A stretch of 64,000 nt of DNA, taken from Veleropilina oligotropha. Its lineage: Eukaryota. The notes beneath the pieces were generated by a model that did not search any database, was not told the origin of the DNA, and saw only the letters and a program-made list of their open reading frames with translations. A program made the translations under genes and the position numbers. Of the stretch, positions 26,214-40,280 are shown in pieces. Where the stretch lies: positions 434,001 to 498,000 of the forward strand of contig JBEUKZ010000008.1 of the NCBI GenBank assembly GCA_048128005.1, given 5' to 3'. Every line of letters begins with the position of its first letter. Within the stretch, counting starts at the first letter, position 1.

Positions 26214-26948
26214 ACTAGATAAACGTTGCAGCATGCAGCTACGCCAAAAGATGCCTGTGCGTTGGCCTCTCATGTTGTACTAAATTCCACATAATATCAC
26301 TGCCATAGTATCAAGTGGCATCAATACAGCTAATATAAAAGCATATATATATATTCCGCAAAGTGCCTTCAGCAAACCACATGCACTCATTGAAAAACTT
26401 CTACCGAAAAATAAATATGGTAAAAAGTGTCTTGAACAACCCATATACGCCTGCAATCATTACAAAAATGTTACCAAATATCTACATAAAAAATATCACT
26501 TTCTGCAATAATTAAATTAAACTAGAAATATGTCCATCGGACACGAATGCCCCCACTGGCAGCCTTGACCATAGGGGCAGTGTACAAAGTATCAAGTCAA
26601 TCCATGAAGGCAAATAGAAGTTATAGCAGATTGGAGTTGCTTACACGCAAATACTGGTTTCGGGACGGACGGACGGGACGGGACGGACGGACGGGACGGA
26701 CAAGAGTAAATCTAAATGCCACCCCAATAAATTGGTGGTGGCATAAAAAATATGATTCCAGTATCACTGACAGAGTATATCATGTGATATCCATATAACC
26801 ATTGAATAAGAAAACAATGTATATATGCCAAGAGGTTTCTTGCTCAGCAAACCATAATGTTACCCACTCAACGAAAAACGTTAACCAAAATGTTGATGCC
26901 GGATGGTATAGGAACAATGTATGCTCATTCAGCATCGGCGCAGGCATA
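26214..26948 (+). mobile_element. HINE-like element with a second HINE (26520-26749, (ggac)n microsatellite) nested inside
   Basis: Two aactag starts; inner end gccacc...ggtggcataaaaa; outer end ggcgcaggcataa. Confidence 0.7.
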
Positions 26949-26960
26949 ATAACCTGGATA

Positions 26961-27169
26961 GTGGGTTCAATACCTGGCTGAGGCATTGAAATTTGTTCAA
27001 GTTATGAATCACAGTTGTCCGTGACTGGCCGTAGAGGGCGGATTTACCCGTAGAGGTCGGGTTTACCCGGGCGACCGGGGTTTCCTCCCGTGATACCACA
27101 GACATGTCCTGCCTTGAACCTCGATGTTGTAAATATACAGGACATTAAGCATCATTCCTTCCTCCCTCA
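26961..27169 (+). mobile_element. 5'-truncated SINE, family A
   Basis: Reverse complement of the 22037 copy; 13-bp TSD aataacctggata; internal duplication of about 20 bp. Confidence 0.88.
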
Positions 27170-28276
27170 AATAACCTGGATATTTCAACATAAGATGATT
27201 AATTTGGTCACATACATATATGCATATTATTAACTTATGACATGAATATCAAAGGTCACATACAAGTATATTTCAATATATTTGACCTAAATCTCTAAGG
27301 ATTACCCAAGACATCTACGGCTACTTTTATACCACATAATGAACAGATACAAAGAATGACTACCATTACAGCCTAACATATTACATTAAATTTCATATTA
27401 TAGAAAGACACTGTCGGACAATCTTGTAGGGTCAATCCAGATGACACAAAAGGAATGTATGCACAAATATATCTTCTGAAACCCACATGCACTCGTTGAA
27501 AAAACTACAGCTGAAAAAAACAACAACACTTTAACCAAAATGTTGACGACAGACGCCATATCTTACAGAAACAATTAATATATTTGCCCTTCGCCTTCGG
27601 TGCGAGCAGAGTAACGATTAAGTCAATCGAGTCCTTACCTGGTTTAATATAAATAATACTTAACATCGCATCTAATTGTATACGAAATATCCGGATATTA
27701 TTCAAAATAAATCTGTATTCTGTAATCCTTATTCTTCAAGACATGCCGAGACGTATTATGATCATATAATCCGCAGCAAATCTGCAAGGATTAACAGCAG
27801 AAACGTGGGAATGTGATCATTGTTTTGAAAGCAAAGTGTTGTAAATATCAACATGCGACATGCAATGTTTATCTTAGTGTTTATTAAGTGTGCTTGAAAA
27901 ACAATGCAGATGGAAAAACAATGCAGATGGCAAAACATTGGATTGGTCGATTCGAGGCAAACGCATTTGTTGTTCAATTTCTTTGCAAAAAGCAGAAAGG
28001 CATCCAACCAACTGCTATCATGTTTATTTGACAAACATAAATGTGTGCAAACCGATAAAAGCGTTATTGAGTAGGGTGTTAATCAGGAACATAAACAACT
28101 TGTAACAATAACAACCTGTAATACAAAGCTGGCATATTTGTATTGTTACAATTGTAACAAATTTGTTTTTCTTTGTTTTATCTTTGAGTAAAGATCTAAG
28201 ACATTTGGAGAGCTTTATTAATGGTAAAGATCTGTTAAAATTTGATCAGCTTTTTAAAGGACACATAACATTGATA

Positions 28277-29986
28277 AACTAGATATGTCAGAGTGACACG
28301 AATGCCCCCGCTGAAACAACTGCCCAGGAATGAAAGAAATTAGAAGTAAACAACCATAACCATCTTAACATTCCATTTACGCATTTAACAATGTATGAAT
28401 AAGTATACACCTATATTCCAAATATAGTTTCATGAAGTTGGAAATTTATAGAAATGAAACTCCACTTAGATATTCTGATACAAATGTGTATATCAAATTA
28501 ATTTAATTTGAATCCATGAATGCCTTAATATATTGATGAAGGGACATAACTCCCTTATGTAAAGGCGGAATTTCACCGAAATCAAACTCCACTTAGCTAT
28601 TATGATCATACACGTGAATATCAAATTTAATTTAAATCCATGAAGGCATTCTGAAGTTACCGCCAGGAAATGAAAAATTGTTTCCAAGTGAATCAAGGGG
28701 CATAACTCCCATATGAAACATGGGACTTTTACCGAAATAGAACTGCACTTAGCCATTACGATCATACACGTGAATACCAAATTTAATGTAAATTCATGAA
28801 AAAATGTTTCCAAGTGAATCAAGGGGCATTATATCAGTGAACTCCCTTATGGAACATGGGAATTTTACCGAAATCGAACTACACTTAGCCATTACGATCA
28901 TACACGGGAATACCAAATATTATGTAAATCCATGAAGGCATTCTCAAGTTATCGCCCGGAAATGAAAAAATGTTTTCAAGTGAATCAAGGGGCTTAACTC
29001 CTTTATGGAAATTCGGAATGTTACCAAAATCGAACTTCACTTAGGTATTATGATGATACACGTGAATACCAAATTTAATGTAAATCCATGAAGGCATTCT
29101 CAAGTTACCGCCCGGAAAAGACAAATGTTTCCAAGTGAATCAAGGGGCATAACTCCTTCATGGAAATTCGGAATGTTAATGAAATCGAACTTCACTTCGG
29201 TATTATCATCATACACATGAATAACAAATTTAATGCAAATCCATGAAGGCATTCTGAAGTTACCGCCCGGAAATAAAACTCGAGGTATAATCCTCATACA
29301 GGCCCGCCTTTTGGATATATAAATCCATGGAGAGGAAAATAATCAATAATTTATATCTTCAAAGTGCCATCTGGAACTGAAATACACGAAAATGACCTTG
29401 ACCTTTGACCCAGAGACTCCATTTTTGAACTTAACCAAGGCCTGATGGTATACAAGGTGCATACCCAAAATGAAATCTGTAGGTCGCGCCAGCGGTTCAT
29501 CTTCTATGTGACAGAAAGCAATCTTCGAAGTGCCAGAACGGAAATACACGAAAATGACCTTGACCTCTGACCAAGCGACCCCATCTTTGAACTTGGGCTA
29601 GGCCTGATGGTATATAAGATGTATACCAAATATGAAAGGAGTAAGTCCAGCGGTTCATCTTCTATGTGACAGAAAGCATCAGGCGACGGACGACGGACGG
29701 ACGACGGACAGACGACGGACGCCAGTCCACGGCTATAGCCCAGTGCCTTTAGAAGGCGGGCCAAAAATGTTTCAAAGTGAATCAAGGGGCAGAACTCCTT
29801 TATGGAAACTCGGAATGTTACCGTAATAGAACTTCACTTAGCTATTATTATCATCCAATTGCATACCAAATTTCATTGAAATCCATGTAGGCATTCTAAA
29901 GTTATAGCCCAGAAACGAAGTTCGGACAGACGGACGGATGTGTGCAACACTATAATGCCCACAAACTTCGTTTAGGGGGCAGAAAA
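28277..29986 (+). mobile_element. HINE-like element with internal tandem subunits of about 140 bp and a nested HINE (about 29298-29766)
   Basis: aactag...gacacgaatgccccc start; repeated aatccatgaaggcattc / gaatcaagggg motifs; (gacg) microsatellite; gggggcagaaaaa end; inner element bounded by ggcccgcctt / aaggcgggcc. Confidence 0.78.
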
Positions 29987-29991
29987 ACAAC

Positions 29992-31243
29992 AACAAGTGA
30001 TTGCCACTAAGTGGCGATTGTCCCCCGCCCGTATTATTGACCGCATATATATTTTTGCATGCTGTGTATCAGTAACTCAATGAGAATTAAAAAAGATTTC
30101 CTGCCATCAGAAGATAGATATGCACCTAGAGACTAAGACTTAGTGTAAATATACTTCCAGTACATAAATTAAATAATTTTCATTATTCGAACTTTATCCA
30201 TCCCATTATGAGGTTAGTTGATCAGAGAAGTTTCAGAAAGCTAACATTTCTCTAAATGGAAAATAGAGTTGAGAGAAAATTGATAAATTTCATACATCCA
30301 AAGACTATGTTAAAAATCAGTAAAAGTCAGCAAAAAATCAAGGTTTCAAAAAATCCCCAATATTTGAACCTGATCTACCCCAAGATGGGGTTAATTGATC
30401 TGTAAAGTTTCAGAAAGCTTCCATCTCTGAAAATGAAATAAGTGCATGTGACAAAATTGACCACATCCATGCTTGCAGAGACTTGTAATGTACAAAATTG
30501 CCAAAAAATCCATAAATTTAAAAAAACCATTCCATATATTCGAAAAGGAAAAGGAATGGATCAATGCTTATTGTCCTGTATATTTCCAACCTATTTAGGT
30601 TCAAACCAGGACATGTCCGTATTATTGTGGGAGGAAAGCCCGGTCGCCCGGTGAAACCCGCCCTCTTGGGCCTGTTACGGACAACTGTGATTCATAACTT
30701 TGATGTGATTAATTGATCGGTAATGTTTGAGAAAGCGAGAAATTCTCGATATGAAAAAATTGTGAGATCACATAGATCTATGCTTACAGAGACTATGTTC
30801 AGAAGTGCTGAAAAGTCGCCCCAAAAAAGAAATTCCGCGAAATTATGTCTCGCCCATCCCCGTGTACTTTGAAAAGGGTCACATTTTCAGTTTGTAAAGT
30901 AAGAATTCAGAAGTACTACCTATGCAGTGCTGATCGAAATATAGTTATTGTAAAACTTAAAGTTTCAGAGAAACAGAAATAAAGACAAAATCTTATTATT
31001 ATATGCTCTAGATTAAATATATTTAGCAGCCAATCCATGACAAAATAGTAACCGATAATGACTCTAACCTTGACCAGTTGAGGAGGGTGATATTAGACAT
31101 TGGATACAGTCTGTTCTTGTTATGGCAATATATACTGCCTTCTCAAGATACCAGTTTTCAAAATCCATCTGATTTTTAAAATGATCCCAGCTTCTCAGAG
31201 TGACCGTTAAGCTTAACAGCCCGATAGGCGGCGGGGGACAAAA
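29992..31243 (+). mobile_element. HINE-like element with a nested SINE fragment
   Basis: Subterminal inverted repeat ttgtcccccgcc / ggcgggggacaa. Confidence 0.65.
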
Positions 31244-32009
31244 AGGATTACTTTACAAATGCAAAGATGTTGTCGACAGTAATGTAGACAGTACAATTCA
31301 ACGTACGTATAAATTAATTGCAGCAACCTCTAGTAGCTCTAGAAACACTTGACGAAACAACTAATGTGACTACCGAGCTTAGCATACATCAAATGCAGAG
31401 AGTCCAGAGCTCGGTATGCTTGCATTCGGCATGCTTGCATTCGGCATGTAGCAGCCTAGCACAGGTGTGAAAAGTGCTTCTTGCATCAACACTGTTATTG
31501 CATATTATGCACACCAAATTTTGGCAATGGCGGCTCCTGTCGGATCTCAGTTGCCTGCAAAAAGGCTGACAAGGTGATTGAATGCCAACAACTCAATCAC
31601 ATGTATCACCACCATAGCCCAATAAACAAGCCTGCACTTAAATTCACATCAGCAGCTCTCCTAGGTATTCCAAAATAATATCAGCGATAATCACACACTC
31701 GAAATAACAAGGCAGTACAACATTGTCTGTTACGGACTGCCACTATGGTCGCTTAATTAATGGTCTTGTTTAGCAAAGTTTCTGACATTTGAGTTTTAAT
31801 ATTTAATTTGAATCGGATTAATGTCTCGATCCAATATATGTGCACTTTGCGCAAAAGAGATGGCGAAGAAAGTTCTCTGAAAAATGTTGCCAGGAATCGA
31901 ACTCCGATATAGCTCAAGTGGTCCAGCATCATATCAACTAAGCCACCACTTCAGATTGGAAGCGATTATACTAAAGATAAATCACAGATTCACATCATTA
32001 AATAAATAT

Positions 32010-33132
32010 AGGTTATACCACGAGGTATAATAAATTAACATATATGATTTTAATAACCCAAAACACCAATTTTTAGTGTCAGAATATAGTCACCAGTGGT
32101 CTACCAGACATTAATCCATTTTGACCTAGTTTTCTTTTGTTATAACTGTTGATTATTCTACACGAATCCACTGCTACAAAATCATTGTGTCTGCTTAGAA
32201 GACCTATTAAACAAGCGTTATGTGCATTAATTCCATGCTATGGACGATTCCATTCCAGAAAATGAGGAAAGCATGTTTAACGCAGTATATAATCCAAAGA
32301 GGTAGATTTATCTGCGGACGAGTCCATTCTAGTACACGTGGACACTGAAAAGAAAATATTAATTATTTTAACGCGTAAACAACACTTTTGCACTGACAAC
32401 AAACTTCAAGCACATTAAATTCGTTACCCAAATGAAGAAAATGTAATACACGTTTAACGTTCAGAAGAATCTGGCAATACTCCATATAATGCTGTTGTTC
32501 ATATGAACGATGTTCCATTGCTTTACTTTGAAACGAACACCGAGAGCTATTTAAATATTATATCACAGAAATGTCGTTAAAATACAACATATATTTGCAA
32601 TATTATACTATACCTGATGCTCTCTGCAGAGGTAAATCCCACGTGTGCTCTGGTCAAAATTCTGAAGCCAAGTGTAGCGTGCTTTGAAATGTACATCATC
32701 ATGACGCAAAAATACTTCGCCCTGCATGCTGGTATAATTGCACTTAACGAGCACATTAACTCTTAGCATGCTGTGAATTATGTAACTCAATGGAAATTGA
32801 GTGGCATATCCTGCCCCCAGCATGCTAAGAGTTAAACGTCTATTCATAACCATGATTAAGCGGCGCCTTCAACTAATTAGGAATGGGATCCGACAGGAGT
32901 TTTGGGAGAGTAAACCCCAATTCGTACAAAATTTCTATCGTATTGTTTTTAAATTGGCGATTTCATGTATATAATAATGTTTAAAATATAACAAATAGCT
33001 AATATTGTCAAAATGGATTAAATAAGTTAACCAACTTGGGACTGTGGATTCTTGAAAATTAATTCACTTGGGCCTGTCGGCCCGCGTGAATTATTTTTCA
33101 AGAATCAACAGTCCCACGTTGGTTAACCTATA
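32010..33132 (-). mobile_element. Probable Crypton-like non-autonomous element with terminal hairpin 33026-33127
   Basis: About 102-nt inverted repeat, minus-strand apex ggcc-GACA-ggcc, terminus TATAG; left boundary uncertain. Confidence 0.45.
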
Positions 33133-33245
33133 CATATTGTCAGTTAGGCCACGGGCCAAGACAATAGAATGATGTCATAAAAATGGTTCAATAATAAACA
33201 ACTGCAAAATTGATCATCGATTATAACATCACTGGCTTACGAACA

Positions 33246-33515
33246 GGAAAGAAAAGGATCGATGCTTAATGTCCTGTATATTTCCAACCATCATTTGGTT
33301 CAAACCAGGACATGTCCGTATTATCGCGCGAGGAAAGCCCGGTCACCCGGGTAAACCCGCCCTCTTCGACCAGTCACGGACAACTGTGCTTCATAACTTG
33401 AACAAATGTGTGATGCCTCAGCCGGGGGCTGAACCCACTAATTTTCGCATCAACGGGGAAACAAGTCAGTGATTTTCAGAATCCACAACTGTACCACTGT
33501 ACTGTCGAAGCGGCC
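33246..33515 (-). mobile_element. SINE related to family A (older or partial copies also at about 18665-18880, 30543-30699, 39600-39712 and 40440-40714)
   Basis: Shared core ggacatgtccg...ccagt(c/t)acggacaactgtg.ttcataact and the gcggcc head. Confidence 0.8.
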
Positions 33516-34493
33516 TCAATGGCTTACAACAACAGTAGTATTAGGTCATGCCTAAACAATGACATGGAGCTTTGAAAACGGATTATCGTTTGTGACACCA
33601 AGAATACCTTGTACTCCTGTCAGGGACTTTACGGTAAATTTCTCTGCATATTTTCCTGACTACCAAAATGAGTGAATCTCAAAAGACAAAATAATTCTAA
33701 GATATCCCAAGGATTCATATCACATACTTACCCACAACTGAAGAAATAAAGAATGCCTTCCATGCATTAAGATCAATATTGCATGAAAGTAATTGTTACG
33801 TGTGTAACATTATAAACGGCAATTAGCAAAACACAAATAGGTTCCATGTAATGTAATTATAGGTCCTTGAATGCCATATAAAGTAGGTCTCAGAGCATGC
33901 ATGCAACATCAAGTTGGCTACTCGTTAATCGTTTATTTAAGTGTCCTTTTATTCTCAGCAACAGCTTTGCATTCAGCAATTACAATATTTGATTGGATTT
34001 AGAGACCCCCAAGTGAGATGTCAGGTACAGCGGGTGCAAAAAACGCATAAAATATTTTTTCTCACATGAAATTTTTCGCCTTTGTTCTGTTGTTTATACC
34101 AAATGTTGATTGTCTTTTGAATTTATTGAACATATGCCTAATATCTGCAATCATAATAATAATTTACAATGGTTTGTTTTGAAAGGGTTTGTAATTTTAC
34201 ACATATCCAATCTTCCATGAATTTCTCTGTCAATGTATAATTAAAACATAAAGAAAATGCAAAACTAACTACATTCAAATATTAATATTATATACAATAA
34301 TACATAAATGTGATGACAATGACAAACTAAGAACAACTGTTCAATGTTGACACAGACAAATACTTCAATTCTGTAATTTAGAAAACATGCCATTTTGGAC
34401 CCTTTAAATCACAAGTTGAAGAAGCATAGCTAATGTTTGACATAACTTTTTCATATGCAAATTAACAATCTTTTATTTATATTTCAAACTCAC

Positions 34494-34563
34494 CTGGCTG
34501 CTGCAGAAACTCCGAACTAAACATGGCTATCAACGAGGGCACCTTGTAGACGGTGTTGGCCAT
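34494..34563 (-). CDS. PLEKHG5: Candidate alternative first coding exon (MANTVYKVPSLIAMFSSEFLQQP) giving an isoform without the Cys/His motif and RBD
   Basis: gtcATGg start; strong cag|gtgagt donor in phase 1, which matches the phase-1 acceptor at 22696. Confidence 0.65.
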
Positions 34564-37540
34564 GACTTGCCACGTATGTTAAATCGAGAACACCGCAAAG
34601 ATACACTCTCAATTACTTATGATACATATAATTTATGTGCATAAATATATGTACAAATCATATTTATTATCCTTGAGTGCTCTTACTGTACAGAAACGGT
34701 AAAAGCAATCTGTATTTGTAGTCATAAATATTAAAAATACATGAACGCGTTAATGACCGAAAGCAGTGTTCTTCATCCATGCATATATCCCCTGAATACA
34801 GTAAATTTTCGGTATTCTCCAGTTGCCTTTGAATAACTATAAATATCCATAGATCATATTTAAGCGGAAATAATCACGTTTATCTGTTACATGATAGCAG
34901 CCCACAATCTTTTCCCTAGAACCTGGTCGTATTTCCTTCACATGCGGGCAAGGCCTTGGCACTTCAGATTGCACAGGTGAGGCCAGGTAGGTCCAATAAT
35001 GCGTCTATCCGAGCCCAGCTGTCTTGGCGATCATTGGTAGATCGACTTAGCACAGAAGTTTTCCTGTATCAATCACTCTCAGCAACGTGAATTTAGAGTA
35101 ATTCGGGTGACTCAACATGGGCTGACCGAGTTGATTTCTTAGGCAAATACACAGTTGTCATTGATTACAGCAGTGATTGATATCCATTGTCGATAAGCGT
35201 CAAATGCACATGTCAAACAGTCGTAAATAATGTTCGAAGTCTAGTCAGGGCTGATGAGGAAATCCCTTGGCGTGAACTTGCAATGCACGTACAAAATACC
35301 ATCGGGGTATTTTTCAAGAAGATGAAATCAATATATCAGGTGTTGAATACGCTGGATGTAAAAATATGCTTCCAATTTCATGCGGATTCCAGGTGCAGTT
35401 TAATTACCCGCATTCAGCAGTTTATTCTGAGAATCGTCATTAAATATATATAATAATATATGCAACCCTTGATACGCACTTTAATTATCGGCACGAAAAC
35501 CATTCACCCGGAGTCACAGGTATTCCATAATGAGACAGAATTATGTTCAAATTCAGGGTAATTAATCAAAATGCATCGGTTGATAAGTGTTGATAAGTGC
35601 TGATACCTTTGGACAAAATTAACAATTGCTAGCAAATTACAAGAAAAACTGGAGTAAATAAATATGTAGATTTCAATCTTCTATCAGAAAATTCCAAAGC
35701 AGTTTTGGTTCATACCAGATAAGCTTACTAAAATCAAATGAGAAGATTGGTGGCATATGGACTATTCCCACAATGCACCACGATCTAAGTATCAGTATAC
35801 CTGGATGGTTGTGTTGCATAGGCAGGTAGAATCCATAATTAATTGCCTTTCAAAATTACTGATCCATAGAGGACAAATTAATTAGCACATTGTAAACTCT
35901 GCATGCACTGTCAATGTTACATAAGAACATACCATACAAATGGAACCCACAGGCAGTGCCTCAGAGCCAACCCTTTAATTGACAGGCCCAATTACTCAGG
36001 TATGTGGGCGAACAACAGCGCTAATTGTGTTTATGACTTGATCCTATATAATTATCACTGTCTATATACCAAATGCATTCACTAACGCATAATATTATAT
36101 TCTAACAATAGTGATAGGATTGAAATTGTACTTTGAACAACAATGCAAAAGGAAGCGGAACCAGTAATTGCACGTCGTTCAGTGACGATTTTATCTTTGT
36201 TATAACATGAATGTCAAACACAGCATGTATAATTTGCATGAACAATGCCAGTTAGTAATACCTTTGGGAAAAGAAAAGTAGGCAACAATCAATTTCACAT
36301 GGAAATAAAAGTTATTTGGTGTGTATGCATGATCACAACAAAAACAATTTGGAATGTTTACATTTGGTCTTCCCTTTATAGCAGCAGGTAATAATATTAT
36401 ACCTACATAAAAGATTGCTTATCGTAACTCTGATCTAGCAGCTAGAGATCACATTTCGCATTTTAAGGATTTATTTGCTAATATCATTACCTACACAATA
36501 GAAAATGCATAACAAAACTTGTATTTCTTTAAATAGAAGTTAAAAAATGTGGCCTATTTATTTGATAAATTGTGGATTTAACTGGATACAAAGAATATGT
36601 CATGTCCCTACATGACACACGGTCGTTACCATGGAAAGTAAATGGGTTTCAATTTGAATTAGGATCAGATGAACAATTATCCAACACTCTCCCAGGTCTG
36701 TTATCTAATAAATGTACCGATTTGTTGTCATCTTTATACAATTTTCAGTTCTGTTATAGATATAGTTAATACAGTTTATAATCCACGTTACTACATGTAA
36801 CAAGGATATTGACATATTTATAAAATGCTATGATCATAATTATACCTCTTGCTTGTTCATGGTTCCAGAGTCTAATAATCTCAGATAACGGTGCCCTCGA
36901 CATATCTGACAATATCACGCCGAATGTCTAATACATCTGAACTATTTGGGTAACGCCACCCATGGAATTCTGACGTACTTATTATTCTAACCGAGGTATA
37001 CACCCGATTCAATACGCGGTCAACATCATAGTTTGGAATTAGCATAAGGCTCTCAGGCATATCAGGGTAATTTCAATACATCTGGGTCAGGTATAAATAT
37101 ACCTACAAATACAACAATATTCAAATAAGACACTCATATATCTTCCATAGTTCAGGACATGTGATCGGCAAAAAAATCAACCTGTCAACATATTTTCCCA
37201 GGCAGGATTAATCGAGTGTCGGAAAAGAATGGGATATTTGTTGCCCGCAGTCTGTACAAGCTCGACAATGCCCTACAAATTGTCCTGCTGTGGCCTTATC
37301 CCCATTCACCGATTGACCGCAGGAGATTTTGCCTATTCACTGATATCCCAGATGACGTCTCTATTGGCGGTCTGTGACGCTTGACGCGTTCCATGTATAT
37401 CAGGTGTGTCGATACAAAGCAAGAATGTCAAAATGGATACTTGACCATAATTGGGCATTTAAGGCCATCGGCGCAATATCTTACACTAGCATATGCACAT
37501 TGATACTAATGAACCTTAATTCCATTCTCCATTGATCATG

Positions 37541-37808
37541 GGAGGAGGAGGAGGAATGATGCTTAATGTCCTGTATATTTACAACATCGACGTTCAAGGC
37601 AGGACATGTCCATGTTATCGCGGGAGGAAACCCCGGTCACCCGGGTAAACCCGCCCTCTTCAGCCAGTCACGGACAACTGTGATTCATAACTTGAACAAA
37701 TTTCAATGCCTCAGCCAGCTATTGAACCCACCACTGTTCGCATTAGCAGAATCAAGCCAGTGAAGGTTAGAGTGGACACTCTACCCACTGCGCTGCCGAA
37801 GAGGCCCC
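37541..37808 (-). mobile_element. Full-length tRNA-derived SINE, family A
   Basis: Near-identical to 22037-22293; 12-bp TSD ccattgatcatg. Confidence 0.9.
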
Positions 37809-39031
37809 CCATTGATCATGCAATTGATAAGTAAAATCTGTATTTAGTATGCTAAAAGTCGCTGTAGATCGGACATTGAAGAGTTGAGTGGTCTGCCCAT
37901 TAACTCGCTTGACTGCTCCGCCTAACACGAGTGGGATCTATTATCCTCGGCTGACCCATTTGCGGTTAACAGTCACGTTTGTCCATAACGGGAAGACGTG
38001 GCGGGGGTTTTCCGAGTTACCAGGCTTCATCTCATGGTAGTATTGTCATGTAATGGTAGGAAATGAAATGTTGGCAAAAACTGGACACTAGGTATCGATC
38101 CATGTACCAAACAAAATTTGAGAAGGAAAACCAAACCACCAGCTTGATATCCATTGTTCCACCCACACCCCAAAACATTGTATGAAAGTATTATCATTTC
38201 TTTTCAAACCATATTTTCCTCAACTACATCCAGAGCTAAATACTGTGAATTTAGTGTTTTGAAATATTATTATCTCACGTACCAGGTGACTCACTGCCTA
38301 CCCTTATTGTTTACGGAAAGAATATGCCATTAAACGAGAGTTTCCTGGATCCCGGCAGATTTCGTCGAATCAATCAGCCGTGATGATGATAAAGCCATAT
38401 ATACATATCTGATCATAATTCGAGGCGATTAGCAGTTTTATTGCAACTTAATCAAATTGAACGATGGAAAGTGTTTAGGCCGGTAGCAACAACTAATATA
38501 GCAATATGATGGCGATATTGACTGATTGTCAGGAGAAATCCCAAGGTGGCGTCTCGTATTGTCACGAGAACGAACATTATATCAGGCAATCAGCAAATGG
38601 ATTCAGAAACCGGCGACCGATGCGCCCGCATCAATGGTCACATGTTAATGTCATTTATTTGTCAGTGTAATTTATGCACATGAAAAAATCATTAACTGGT
38701 ACATTGAAATCGACTCAAATACTATTTTGAACATTTATATCGCATAATAAATAACTTAACTGGATCAATATTTCATGACCCATTTTTATACACACTTCAT
38801 GATCAATCCAGGACAGAGTTACATATCCATATTATCACCGGAGGAAAACCTGTTATAAACAATGTAATAATTACATTTATACTCACAAAATAATAAAGTA
38901 TGGATCAAATGTACTATTTTAATTGTTTTCTTGTACAAATCTTTTGATTGTATATTGACTATATCTAAATTATTTTTGACTAAACTAAGACTAAATAACC
39001 ATGATATTACACTAAGATTTATCAACCATAC

Positions 39032-39555
39032 ATAGAGGATATCGAATGAGTGTCCATTCCATATGAGAATTATGAAACGAGTCGGGCACAATTTATGTAC
39101 CGAGCCTTGGCGAGGTACATAAATTTGCTGACGAGTTTCATAATTCTCATATGAAATGGACACAAGTTTCATATCTTCTTTATCACATGACTTTATTTAC
39201 CTGTAAACTTATATTATTGCGTTTTTAAACACATTTCTTTACGTTTTAAAACTAATTTCTGTCAGTACTTTCAGCCATAAATTGCCATTGCCTCAGATGC
39301 ATCACGCATCGAAAGCACGCGCCACGCCAGTACGCCAATAAAAAATAGTTCAACGTCGGTAATCGACGAGTCAACGCGTATGAATTATTCATTATGTTAA
39401 TGAAGGTGATCCGCCGCCTAATCAACTTCGCGCCAGATGCGATGTTCGGCCGTCATGCTCGCCCTCATTTGCATACTTATGACACGTGTCTTTTCGTATA
39501 TAGATTCATGGAACGGCCTCTACAGTTCCATAACAGGTTTGTCATGTGATAAAAA
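39032..39555 (+). mobile_element. Crypton-like non-autonomous element (second, 5'-truncated copy at about 44110-44582)
   Basis: 138-nt hairpin at 39038-39175 followed by a 13-bp inverted repeat tttatcacatgac (39179) / gtcatgtgataaa (39541); body similar to 44110-44582. Confidence 0.65.
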
Positions 39556-40072
39556 GTAATATGCATTAAATTCATTTGAATACCTTCACGAGTATCCCTA
39601 TTATCATGTGCGATAAGCCAGGTTATCCGGGGAAAACCCACACCAACTGATCAGTTACGGACAACTGTGATTCTAAACTGAACAAAGATTGTCCAATGAG
39701 GATTCGAACTCATTCTTGTTAGACAATTTCACAAAGCAGTCAAAGCAATTTGAATCATCAAAACTTTTTACAACCTCGAGATCGACACATATGTAAGTAA
39801 GGCATTGTAGGGCAATGTGAAATCATTACGGACAATACAACTTTAAAGTTAATTTAATAATATTGGACTACAAGCTAGGGCACATTCCAAATATGTTGAT
39901 AAATGAAATTGTTCCTAGAAAATATTTTGCATCTTGCTTGCTTTAAAAATAGACGTGTGAAATATATCCATAAATATATTGGTTCAAATCCAATACATTA
40001 CATGTATTATTATAGGCACTAAAGTAATTTAAACAAAGCAAATAAACTATTCGTGAAACTTCCATATACATA

Positions 40073-40280
40073 CTGTAAACCCCTATATTTCAGACGCCAT
40101 AAAATTTAGCGATTTCTCATATACCTGTATATTAGCGGCCTTGTAAATTAGCGATTTTTAATCCATATGTTAATTGAGCTTTATTCCTTAAAATATTTTG
40201 CGGCCTTTCATTTTCACGATAATATTATGTAAGCGAAACTCGCGAAAATAAAAGGCACGATAAAATATAGGGTTTTACAG
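40073..40280. mobile_element. Tc1/mariner-type MITE
   Basis: TA-ctgtaaacccctatattt ... aaatatagggttttacag-TA. Confidence 0.8.

Noticed and set aside
32608..32853. Additional alternative first exon ending cag|gtatag
   Set aside because: Its phase-0 donor does not fit the next acceptor (22696, phase 1), and it lies within a probable mobile element.
35245..35285. Hammerhead at ctgatgag (also ctgatga at about 3218, 21482, 41232 and 59450)
   Set aside because: No stem II followed by GAAA and a cleavage triplet could be formed.
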